64,000 nucleotides of DNA from Blepharisma stoltei ATCC 30299 (Eukaryota > Protista > Ciliophora). Each line of letters starts with the position of its first letter. Within the stretch, counting starts at the first letter, position 1. The position numbers and the translations under genes are program-made. Of the stretch, positions 11,209 to 22,744 are shown one piece after another. The notes under the pieces were generated by a model, which worked only from the letters and a program-made list of their open reading frames with translations, made no database searches and was not told the DNA's origin. The stretch covers positions 868,001 through 932,000 of the forward strand of contig CBFDEM010000053.1 in assembly GCA_965603825.1 (NCBI GenBank), in the 5' to 3' direction.

Positions 11209-13917
11209 CTAATGTTTATCTTTCTTATTAAAAGTAAGAGACATATCAGTTTCATTAGGTTTGTTCATAAATATCTGAACACTTAAATCCTCATTTTCAC
11301 TCCTAATAATCTTCAATAAATTTTCCACGTCTTCTAGCTTAACTTTCTTGATTTCCTCAGACAAATTTCGATAATACCCAAACTGTCTTCTTCCTGTCAA
11401 AATTTCAAGTCATAAGTCTCCATGCTCTGCTTCCATTGATTCATATTTCCATAGTAAGCTTTCTGCCACTCTGTTTGCTAAGCTCATATCATCAGGTAAA
11501 AATTCGAAATTGTCCCAAAAACGATCAATAATTTCATTCATCTCAGGAGGACTTTTATATGACCCTTGCACAATTAAATACATTGAATTAGTCCCAAATC
11601 TTTCAATTACATCAGAAAAAACAATATAGCCAAGCTGGTAATTGCTTCTCAGGACTTTAAAAGCTTCATCAGATGACTTAGCAACGAGGACTCTTAAAGC
11701 TGCAGTTGTGGGTAAATCAAAGTAGCCAAAATCATATCAATTAAAAATACAGTGATTTGAGATGCTTGTATCTGTAGATATTCCAGCTTTCGAAATTGAT
11801 TTTGCTTTTGGATATTTTCTTATGTCTTTTACTGAACTTTTTATATATTTTTGTATAATTTTTTTGTATATATCTACGTTACTTTGCAAAGCATTCCCAT
11901 AAACAAAAAAATCGATATTTGTTTTTTCAAAAATCTTAAGAAATTCTGTATAGTCTTTTTGGCTAAACGCATTAAGTAAGCTGAGTCTTTCAGAATTTGT
12001 ATAATAGTCTTCAAGAATAATATTTCCTAATTTTTCATAAGCAATTTGATATGGCTGAGAATTAATCGCAGACACATATTTTTCGTTTAAAGATTCTAGC
12101 ACAGAGCTTAATTTATTGAGACTTGGATTTTTATTTGTTTTCATTATTTCTTCTAAAAATAGGTCCATTTTATCTCTCCATCCAGTTAATGTAATAGAAA
12201 TCCCAGAATATTCAGATTTTATGTCAGCATAGAACCCTGAGGTGATAAACATAGAAAGCTCTTCTTGGATTATTCTAGAAACTAGATCAGCGTGAATATC
12301 ACTTAGCATTGAATTAGAATCTGTAAAAATCATAACACTAATAATAACTTTCGGCTGCTCAAAATATTGGTCAAATTTATACCACACATTTAATTGAGTG
12401 CTTGAGCTAAGCTCAATTACTTCAGTTTTGCAGGAATCACAGTCTAATACATATAAATCTGATGGTATAAATTCATTTATACTGATAATCGCGAAGTGGT
12501 TTCCATTAGGAATAAGATTAAATTTCAAGATATCGTAATAAAAGTTGTAATAAGGATCATAGCTGGTAAATTCTAATATAGATCCATCAAAATTAGCTCC
12601 TTTGTCAAATGCATCTGACATAAAAACAGCGAACATTTTTTCAGAAGTAATCATACTCAAAATATCACTAAAAATTTCACTATTAAAAGCTCGCTTTATT
12701 TCAAATCCTGCAATATAATGTCTTTCAGGAAAGTTTTGCATATTACTTGATATTACAGAAACAAGCTCTCCAGGGGTAGAAAACTTAAAATAATTATAGT
12801 TAACTCTGGCAATTGCGCTATAGTCATTTCATAACAATTCAAGCTCTTCTGAAGATAATTGCTTTAAGTCTTCAATATAGGCTAAAACAGATTCAGCCAC
12901 GTATTTTCATTTTTCAAAGCCTTTGTCAGTTAATGTTATTTCTATTTGAATTAATGAAAAATCTGGATAAGTCATTGAAATATAAGATTCCATATGACCA
13001 ATTAAGTCTGGCAGTGAGGCGCTGATACTATTTTTCCCTGAATAGTTCAATAAATACGATAAAAAGTGGCTTGGCTGAGACCGAAAAAAGCGAAATTCTG
13101 ATGGGACTGCCCAGAATAAAATCAAGCTTGACCCATTATTGATTTTAGGTGCCAAAATTATTTTTCCTGAATTCAGAAAAGGAGGGTCATATATAAATTC
13201 AGACTGGCCTATAGGAATATCAGAGTAATAGTCAACTGCATATTTCAATAAGGTTTCTATAGGATATTGCCCATATATAACTAATTTCATATTCCCAGCA
13301 GTATAGTAATCTTCATAAAATTTTTGAACTATCCCCACCAAGCCTTCAACATTCAAAGTTTGTGTATTTCCCGTCGCAAAATGGCTTATAGGGTGCTTTT
13401 CCCCTGCTAAGGTCTCTATTAGCCTATACATTCTTCAGGCATCACTAAATCTATTTTTATCATGCTCAGAATTAACTGCTTTTACTTCCCGATTGACAGC
13501 GCTTTCAAGGAAAACAGGCTCAATAAAGGCTTTTGAGAATATTTTCAAGGACTCTTCAAGAGCATCATTGCTAACTGTGAAAAAGAAATTGGTTTCTTGC
13601 TTATCGGTGTAAGCATTTGTGTAGCCTGAATGGTTGTTTAGGAAGGATCTTAAATAGTCTTCTTCTGGGTAGCTTTTTGAGCTGAAAAATAGCATATGCT
13701 CTACGAAATGGGCTAGACCTGGTATTGTGTCTTGGTTTGAGCCAACATTAATGGATAAAGAAGCTGCAGCTTGTGGGCAGTCTAAGCAGGAGACAACTAG
13801 GCATTTGAGGCCGTTGTCAAGCTCTATATAGTCATAAGCATTTTTGTCGTTTATTGGAGTCTCTATTTCAAGTGCCTGAGCAATAGAAAGAAATAGGACA
13901 ATTCCTACAATCAGCAT
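11209..13917 (-). CDS. Insulysin-like M16A metallopeptidase with signal peptide, copy 1 (902 aa)
   Basis: Four ORF-track fragments in one frame, joined by TGA=Trp. Inverted Zn motif GLAHFVEHMLF, NAYT, EVKAVNSEH; hydrophobic N-terminus; stop TAG. Confidence 0.92.
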
Positions 13918-14020
13918 ATTTATATAAAATTAATATTTTTCTATTATTCTATATCAGTTAAACTATTATATTTATATAAAAAAGGCTTATTTTACCTAAA
14001 TTTATAATAGTAATTAACAA

Positions 14021-17000
14021 TTAACTCTCTTGAAAAAACTCTGCTGCACTTTCCCACAAGTACCTTGGAAATCGGTTAGTAAATACAAGCTTCAAAGACG
14101 CTGCAGCAAGAATGGATTTCGACGAAGAATTCGAGCTTGAAATTGACAATGATTTTTTAGACCTTATCACATCTTTTTTCTCCTCTTCAATAGGTGGATC
14201 ATGAATTGGATAATATTGGCACTGCTGAGTAATATAAGTTGACAGCATATCCACGCTCATTTCTTGCTGCAAAATTGATAAATTATGGCTGTGTTTATAA
14301 CATATTGAAATTAAAGTAGGGAAAAGCACATTTGTGTATTTCTTATCAGTAAAATATGCAAAAGGCAGCCCACACAATCTTTGCAAAATAGAAGTTTCCC
14401 CTAAATTCATCATGTCCTGGTTTTTTGTGTTTTGGGTTACAAAGTACCCAATTAGCAGTATAACTTCATGTAATAGTTCTCGGACATCTTCTAGCCCAGA
14501 ATCTATATGTTCTGTGCAGTATCTTAATATGTAATTAAACAAATGATACATCTGGTCATAATATTCTTCACTTGACAACATTTCTTGAAGCAGAGGCAGA
14601 TGAAGCCTTGCTAAATTATTCAAAAATCGCATTGATAATATTGAAACTGCCAAAGAAGTCTGAGGAATCACCCTTGGAGCTTGCTGCTTTGGAGGACCAT
14701 CATTAAGCAGTAAACATAAAAGCAAATACGGAATCCCAGCCAGCTCAGACTCTTTGAAAATATAAATAAAATTATCTGTTAAAAATGTAGAAACCTCATA
14801 GGCAGGTTTATTTCCAAGACCCCAGCCGTGAAAAGTGTTCAAGGACTCTAAAAATCCTACACATTTTAAAAGCAGTAAGGAAAAATTATTGGACGTCAAA
14901 TCTAATGGTCTCTGCAAAAGATGAAGCTTTTGCCGAAGTAAGGAAAGCAAGCCACAGTTTAATAAATAATCAATATATAGCTCTCTAAGCTCTCTATATT
15001 CAGCTTGGAGCCTATGCTTAAGGTGGATTGTGAGTATGTGGAAAAGCTGGGACAGGTAGGTTAATTCCATAATTGCTTTAGGAGGTTTTTCTAAAATTCA
15101 GCAGACTAAGTCTACAAGAGGGATCAGCCGATTTGTGATGATCATATATGTGCGGTTTTCACTAAGCCCAGAAAAGATTGCTAAAAATTTGGAGCCAACT
15201 TCCAACAGGCCTAAAATGTATTTCATTTCGTGCTTTGGGCAATTTTTAACTTTTTTAATGATTTCCATTAAACAAGGAATAAATTTCAGCTGCCTTATCA
15301 CATGCAAATCAGCCTCTTTTCTCTGATCAAGTATTTTTATTGTATCTTTCAATATACTATCAATTTGTCCATAATCAATAACATTATTCGCAATGCACTT
15401 CTCAAAATCGATCCCCAGCTTTTGTATTCTATTTTTATTCACCCCAGACGTTTCTCTCCCCATAATGCACACTTTTTCATGTTTTTGGCATCTATTCGTC
15501 AACATCTGCTTGACTTTTTTCATTCTTTTTTTTACATAAAGGTCTCTTTGCTGCTCTAAATCTTGAGAGCTTGTCAGCATAATGACAGGGTCTGATAAGT
15601 TTCCTTGGACGAGAAATCTACGCAGCTCATCTTGATGTCTGTCTGAATTTATGTGCTCTTCTGGGCTGGAGTCTGTGGGGATTTCAAAATTGCAAACAGA
15701 GCATCATAAATATCTCTGCTGAAATATTTTTTGTTTTTGGATTTTGCCTTTTTTCATGTTGAAAGTCATTTTTACGTTGGGGTCTTTGTGTGTGCTTCAG
15801 ACTCTGTAGGCTCAGAGTTTTGGAACGTCGTCGACTGAAGAGGTAGAGCTGCTGTCTCAGCTTTCGTTTTCTTTTTCTTCAACTATTTCAGTTTCGTCGC
15901 GGGACTTTATACTTATGCTGCTTCTATAGGTTCTTTCGCCGCCGCGTTTGCCGAGTTCTTCTGCTTTTGTTTTCTTTTCTTCTAAAAATTTAATTCTACG
16001 ATTTTCAGCTTCTTCTAGCTTCGTTTTCGCTGACATCCACTTATTTCCCCTTTCCGACTGCAGCGCAAGTCTTCTTTTCTCTGCAGCTTCTTCTTTCTGT
16101 ATTCTTTCTGCCTGTTTTTGTTTAATACTCTGCAAGGCTTTCGTTCTTCTTTCCCTTGTATCTTCTATTTTCTGGTCAATCGTCATCTTTTTATCCTCTG
16201 CTTGCAGCTCTAGTATAAACGCAACCTCATTCGGCTTCGAATTTTCGGTTTTAGCCCTATTCCTGATCTGGCTTAAGTGTGCTTCATACCTTTCATCAGC
16301 CTTGCTTTGTTTTAACAAAATTTGCAGCTCAATTGCTCTTTTTTTATCCTCATTAATCTTTTCGATTTCCTCTTTTATTTTTCTCATTTTCCTCTGCTTT
16401 TGTAAAGCGACGTCTTGCCTTTTCATGTCAATAAGGCTACGTTTTCATTCAGCGCGCTTTTGTTTGTCGTCAATTTTCTGCTTGACCTCTACAGGGCTTG
16501 GTTTTTCTCTGAATAGTTTTTCTTCAAGCTTTCTGATCCGGTCTACTCTTCCAGGAGAAAGTGATTTGCAGCGTTTGTCGGAATCAAAAGAAATGACGGA
16601 GAGTTCTTCTCAGCTTTCTTCTTCAATTTCGTCACTTTCTTCAGCAGCTCTTTCTCGGATCAGAAGGACTAAGGCTTGGACAGGACTTAAGCCATCGTCT
16701 AAATACTGTCTTAAAAGCTCACCGTCGACACTTCCGGAAGGATCAGAAATATCAACGCTTGTGTTCCCGCTTTGCTTTTGTCGCAAATTTCTAAATTCTT
16801 CTAAGGAATGTTCGAGGGTTTCTATAGCGCCATCAGTAAATGCTGAGAAATTTTCGTTAGTGCACATTGTGAAGAGATCTTCAATAGCATTGTTAAGATG
16901 CCGAAAAAGGTGAATTCAGTTTTCGACTTGATTACTGTAATCTTGAATTGGCTTTTTGGGGGCAGAACCGGTCTTTTTAGGAGGGTTTGAGCATGATGGA

Positions 17001-17074
17001 ATCTTGCTGGAATTGATCTGAGGGGTTGAAGGAGGTGTTTTTTTGGGAAGTTTAGGTGATTTTTTCTTGTCCAT
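14021..17074 (-). CDS. SCAPER: SCAPER-like protein (S-phase cyclin A-associated protein in the ER)
   Basis: Single frame from ATG 17074 via TGA=Trp. SCAPER_N-like WIHLFRHLNNAIEDLFTMC, long coiled coil, C2H2 finger (CSVC..H..H), C-terminal ILQRLCGLPFAYF..LFPTLI and RFPRYLW. Confidence 0.85.
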
Positions 17075-17321
17075 TTTAGAAATGATTTACTAATAGATGC
17101 TTATGCGATTTAATGAATTTTTGTGATTTGTAATAATATCATAATATATGAGATACTATTTATAAAAGAGAAATTATTTAAAACATCGTATTAATTTAGA
17201 TAAATTTATTGTATATAAGCTAACATGTATTATTAGCGTTTTTTATTATATAAATACCTTTTCTTGCATATAAAATCAAAATTTCTTATTGATATGATTT
17301 ATTATGCGTTTTTGTATAAAA

Positions 17322-20039
17322 ATGACTGTCTGAAGACTTTTATTTCTCATCTTCCACATAGTATCCTCAGATGACATTGATATCCCAATAAACGACAAAA
17401 ACGTTTACGATTACATTGAGCTTGAAAATGGTCTTAAATGTGTCGTTATCTCTTGTGCTGAATGCCCTGAAGCTGCAGCATCTTTATCAGTCGGTGTAGG
17501 CTCAAACCAAGACCGAATCCCAGGTCTCGCTCACTTTGTAGAGCATATGCTATTTTACAGCTCAAAATCTTACCCAACAGAAGACTATTTACGTACCTTT
17601 GTGAATTCCCATTCAGGTGACACAAATGCGTATACTGATAAAGAAGAAACTAATTATTATTTAACTATCAGCAATGACGCATTAGAAGAGTGCCTAAAAA
17701 TATTTTCCAAAGCCTTTGTCGAGCCTATTTTTGTTGAAAATGCAGTTAATAGAGAAATAAAAGCTGTCAATTCTGAACATGATAAAAATCGTTATGACGA
17801 CACTTGAAGAATGGCAAGATTAACAGAAATTTTAGCTGGAGAAAATCATCCAATAAGCCATTTTGCGACTGGGACTAATAAAACTTTGAAAGGTGAAGGA
17901 ATTGTAAGAGAAGTCCAAAAATTTTTTGATGATTACTATTTGGCAGAAAATATGAATTTGGTTATTTATGGGAAATACTCAGTTGAAAAACTTCTGGAGC
18001 TTGCTGTGGAGTATTTCTCTGATATTCCAAGTGGCAGAAATGAGTTTTTTTATGAAAAACCATATTTAGAAGCAGGGAAAATAGTAGTTGCACCATTAAT
18101 GGCAGAAGGGTCAGTTATGAATATTTTTTGGGCATTTCCTTCGGAATTTAAAAATTATCAGTATCAGCCATGCCATTTTATTTCGTATTTGTTAAGTTAT
18201 AATGGGAAGAATAGTGTTCCTTCAACACTTTCAGACTATATAACGTATTTAGAGTCTTATGCAGCCATGACTTATTCAGATTTTTCATTAATTGAAGTCA
18301 AAATTACACTAACTGAAAAAGGCCTTGACCAATGGAAATATATTGCTGAGTGTGTTATTGCATATGTGGAACAGCTTAAGCAACTATCGTTTGATGAGCT
18401 AAAAATGCTTTGAAATGACTACAGCCAAATTTCTCAATTAAACTTTGATTATTCGGAGTTTTCCTCACCAGATGACGAAATAACTTTAATTTCTTCTAGC
18501 ATGCATAATTTCCCAAAAAAGCATTATGTTTCTGGTTTTACTATAAAAGAAAAATTTGATTATAAGCTGATTACTCAAACACTAAAAATGATGACTTCTG
18601 ATAATATTTTTATCGTATTTATGTCAAGTACTTTTGAAAAAGGGGCCATTTTTGATGGCTCTGCCTTGGAGTTTTCATCTCATGAGCCATATTATGATTT
18701 TGACTATGATATTTTACAAATCCACTTGACTAAAAGTGACAATAAATTTAGCGTTATTGAAATAAATAAAAGCATTCCTTCTGATTTAAGCATTTTATCG
18801 TGCAAAGATTGCTCCTTATCTGTGGTCCAGCTTAAAAAGTCAGATAATAGCTTGCAGATGTGGTATAAATTTGATGATTCTTTTAGCCAGCCAAAAGTAA
18901 TAATCAGCTTTATCCTTTTTTCAAGTTCAGATTCTGTGCTAAGAGATATCCATTCTGAATTAACTGAAAGAATCATTTCTGAAGAGCTTGCAATGTTTTT
19001 AGCATCTGGATTTGTTGCTAATATTAAATCAGAGTATTCAGGAATAAGTGTGACTTTGATAGGCTGGCGTGACAAAATGCAGGAATTTTTAGAGGAAGTC
19101 ATAAAAATCCTTTCTAAGCCAAATCTCTCCAAAATTAATGCAATTGCTGAATATTTAAATGACCAATATAACTCAGCTAGTAACGAGCAAGCATATATGC
19201 TTGCTTATGAAAAATTAGCTAACATTATTTTAGAAGACTATTACACATATCCAGAAAAGCTTGAAATTTTGGAAAATTTTGAGCTCAAAGATTTCATTAA
19301 CTATCTCGAAGAAATTCAAAACGCAAATATTGACCTTTTTGTTTATGGAAACGTTTTGCAGAGCCATGCTCAAAATTACAAAGAAATAATATGCAGTTAT
19401 TTTGAGCCATCAGAAAAAAATACAAGAAAATACCCTCAAGCTGTCTCTGTGTCTGGAGGTGCAATTTCAATAGATACTTCCATTTCTAATCATTGTATTT
19501 TTAATTGGTATGATTTTGGGTATTATGATCCTACAACTTTTGCAATATTAAAAGTCCTTAGCGCAAAATCATCTGATGAAGCTTTTAAAGTTTTAAGGAC
19601 AAATTACCAGCTTGGATATGCAGTAATTTCTGATGTCATTGATAAATTTGGGGTAAATATATTATACGTTGCAGTCCAAGGGACATATAAAAATCCTCCT
19701 GATATGGACGAAATTATAGAAATTTTTTGAGATGATTTTGAGTTTTTGCCTGAAGATATGTGCCTTGTTGATATGGTGGCTGAAAATTTGCTGTGAAAAT
19801 ATGAGTCGATGGAAGCTGAACATGAATTTTTGTGGACAGAAATTTCAAATGGAAGAAGGGAATTTGAGCACAATAAGAGTTTAGCAGAAAAAGTAAGACA
19901 AGTGACATATGAAGATATAAATAAAGTTTTGGAAATTATTAGAAGTGATGGAGCGGATTTAAGCATTCAAATATATTTACAAGGATCTGAGCCAAGCAAT
20001 ATTAATGTTGGCCTGAATTATAATAAATCAAAATTGTAA
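17322..20039 (+). CDS. Insulysin-like M16A metallopeptidase with signal peptide, copy 2 (905 aa)
   Basis: One frame from ATG 17322 to TAA with TGA=Trp; GLAHFVEHMLF; colinear paralog of 11209-13917. Confidence 0.92.
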
Positions 20040-20138
20040 ATATAATTTTTAATTATTCTAATGAAGATTCAAATGAATAGAAATTATTACATTTATCGGC
20101 CTAGAAATATAATTAATAAACCAAATCTTATCTATTCC

Positions 20139-21095
20139 TTAAAATCCCATCCCCATTCCTGGCATCCCACCCATCATTTGTGGAGGAAAGACTCTTGCCA
20201 TTACAGCGTTAAGTCTATCTCTGATATCAGCCCATTCAGCTTCTGTATCAATTCCATACTTGACTAATCCCTGTGCTATTTCATTTTCGTCATATCCGTA
20301 TTTCTTCATTATTTCATCACCTTCTCTGATCTTAAATAAAATGAAATCTTCCCCACTTCTTGGTGGATGGCTATTTAAATAATCATCAAGGTATGAACAA
20401 ATATATTCCATAACTTCTCTCATCTTTTCTTTAGTTAAACTTTCAGGAATTTCCACATTACCTTGAAGGGTCTTTACAGCCATTTCTTCTAGTGCTCTTC
20501 CAACCTCAGGCACTGTTGCGTGCTTTCTGCAAGAATTTTGGAAAATCTCAGGGTTGAGTCCGTAGCTATGGCACACTTCTCCCGTGATTCTCATTAAAAT
20601 TCCTTCCTGCTCTTGCAGCTGCTGATAAACCACCGCTTTCCACTTATTTTCATCTGTTTCATAAAACTGCTGTCTTAGCGCCATGAAATTTTTGTTGCTT
20701 TCCACGAGTTTTCTCTGTGCTACATTGGTCATTTCATCAATAACTCTGATTAAATCAGCTTGCTCAATGGTGCCATTAGTCACTGTGACTTTTTGTGCTG
20801 GCCCTGAGCTTTTTAAGTGTTGTGACACATTGTCTACAGCGCTTCCAAGGTATCCAGTTGATTGAAGATTTTCATCAACCAAAAATTCAATCGAGTCTTC
20901 TTTATTTTCCAGGTAAGCTGTGAACAAATCAGAGTCGTTCTTGATGACAACATCGCGGAACTTCACCGTGAATTGGACAGCACCAGTCGTCCTGTAGACA
21001 GCGCTGAGGAGCTCTTCGAAGCTGATAGGAACTTCTTTAAGAGTGTTTGGCTCCTCGTCTTCCAATCTGATTCTAATGGTGACTTGTGGCTCCAT
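20139..21095 (-). CDS. Hypothetical protein with PB1-like N-terminus and GGM-rich C-terminal tail
   Basis: 318-aa ORF; SFEELL..VIKNDSDL resembles PB1; ends MMGGMPGMGMGF. Confidence 0.7.
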   Translation of the reverse strand: MEPQVTIRIRLEDEEPNTLKEVPISFEELLSAVYRTTGAVQFTVKFRDVVIKNDSDLFTAYLENKEDSIEFLVDENLQSTGYLGSAVDNVSQHLKSSGPAQKVTVTNGTIEQADLIRVIDEMTNVAQRKLVESNKNFMALRQQFYETDENKWKAVVYQQLQEQEGILMRITGEVCHSYGLNPEIFQNSCRKHATVPEVGRALEEMAVKTLQGNVEIPESLTKEKMREVMEYICSYLDDYLNSHPPRSGEDFILFKIREGDEIMKKYGYDENEIAQGLVKYGIDTEAEWADIRDRLNAVMARVFPPQMMGGMPGMGMGF

Positions 21096-21236
21096 GATGA
21101 GACCTGATTTTTATTAGGAAATTATGGGGATAAGAATGCTTATTAGAAGCTAGAAAACATGCAATAGCCCGAGATAGGCTAAAAATTGTGATTTATTAAA
21201 TATTTATTTTTAAGAATTCTTAATATTTTACTTAAT

Positions 21237-21662
21237 ATGTCTGTGACACACTGCGCTTTATCAGGGCAGCCTCTTATTGACCCAGTGGTATCAGTAAAAA
21301 CAGGCCATGTTTATGAAAGATCAGCAATTACCAAATATATCCAAAGCACAGGAAGGTGTCCAATTACAAATGTAGAGCTTTCATTACCAGATATCATATC
21401 ATTACAAGCAAATCCATCAGCTAAGCCAAGGCCTTTAAGCCAAAACTCTATTCCTGGACTAATAGACGCTTTCAAAAACGAATGAGATGCCGTTGTTATC
21501 GAAACCCACGAATTAAAAAAGTACATCGATGTGCTGAGACAAGAACTTTCGCATTCCCTATACCAATATGATGCTGCTTGCAGGGTAATTGCACGATTAG
21601 TTAAAGAAAAAGATGAGCTCGTGCATGCCCTTCAAGAGTTAAATAAAGAAGATAAAGAATAA
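21237..21662 (+). CDS. PRP19: Prp19-like protein: U-box plus tetramerisation coiled coil only, no WD40 (141 aa)
   Basis: CALSG..PVVS..GHVYER..CPIT U-box; [12 protein letters not shown](TGA=W)[29 protein letters not shown]; TAA at 21660-21662. Confidence 0.88.
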
Positions 21663-21744
21663 AGTTTGAAAATTAGATAAATTAATACACATTATATGAA
21701 TTTTCTATTAGAATAAGAATTGTCTTCAATTATTGTGCCAATCT

Positions 21745-22572
21745 TTAGAAATTAAAAAATTTCTTATGCAATGGGATTTCTGGTTTTCCTAAATCTTTTA
21801 TATGTAACAGTAATTTTTCAATGTCAAAACTAATTCCTTTAAACTCCTCCGCTCTTTCTCCTATAGGATCGACGATTTTTGCATTAATAGACCTTACTTG
21901 AAAAGTCCTGAATTTTTCAATTTGGTCTTTAATTTCCATTTTTCCAAGATCTTCTATATATTTTAGCTCTGCTTTATTGAACTTCAAAGCTGCTTGGAAT
22001 TCTGCAGAAATTCCTTCAAGTTTTGACGTGATTGGCCTTATCATGCATTCTAGCTCTTCTAATAGTTCTAATTCTTTTTGGTCTAGTGCCTCTCTTACCT
22101 CTTGAATTTTTTCTTTGATGTTTATTACATATTCCTCTTTTTCTATATTTATTTTGTTATGTAATAAACCTATTCTATTCAGTGTGTCTTGAATTAATTT
22201 ATTGGAATCTTTTAATTTCTTGCTTGCAGATTCCAATTTTTCTTTAGTGACTGGCGATATTGAACTGTCAGAAAGAGGGAGCACCCCATGCAAATTATGA
22301 TACACTACACATTCTAAACATAAAGCATAACTGCAGAGAGGGCAATAAAGATACCTAGGAGAGTGAGAACAGGGCTTTGAGGGTGCTGAATTTACTTGGA
22401 AAACTAAAAGATTCGTGGCTGCACTTGTTGAAGTTTTTCGGCATAAAGGACATTTAGATATTTGGGAAACACAGATTTTGCAAAATGTGTGGCCGCATGA
22501 GAGGATTAGTGGGAGATGGTCATTGTGGGTGTATCTTGAATAACAAACAGGGCAGGTTGTTAATGTTTCCAT
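21745..22572 (-). CDS. TRIM-like RING / B-box / coiled-coil protein
   Basis: CPVC..CGHTFCKIC..CPLC RING; CSH..YCPLC..CLEC..H..H B-box; first ATG at 22572. Confidence 0.85.
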   Translation of the reverse strand: METLTTCPVCYSRYTHNDHLPLILSCGHTFCKICVSQISKCPLCRKTSTSAATNLLVFQVNSAPSKPCSHSPRYLYCPLCSYALCLECVVYHNLHGVLPLSDSSISPVTKEKLESASKKLKDSNKLIQDTLNRIGLLHNKINIEKEEYVINIKEKIQEVREALDQKELELLEELECMIRPITSKLEGISAEFQAALKFNKAELKYIEDLGKMEIKDQIEKFRTFQVRSINAKIVDPIGERAEEFKGISFDIEKLLLHIKDLGKPEIPLHKKFFNF

Positions 22573-22744
22573 TTCTAATATGCAGTATCTGCTTTGCAAT
22601 CACAAAATTTTAGTTTATTTTTAAAAATAATTTAGAATTAGCGATCTTTATGCTAGAAATTTATAAAAAAATTAGCCTACTTGGGAGTCTTATTTTATGC
22701 TATAATGAGCCATTTTGGCATTAAAGCTAATTATGGTCTTATAA

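Noticed and set aside
15948-16913. 321-aa plus-strand ORF (and similar ones at 241-765, 57264-58595 and 63579-63980)
   Set aside because: Antisense or alternate-frame shadows of low-complexity real genes; no motifs of their own.
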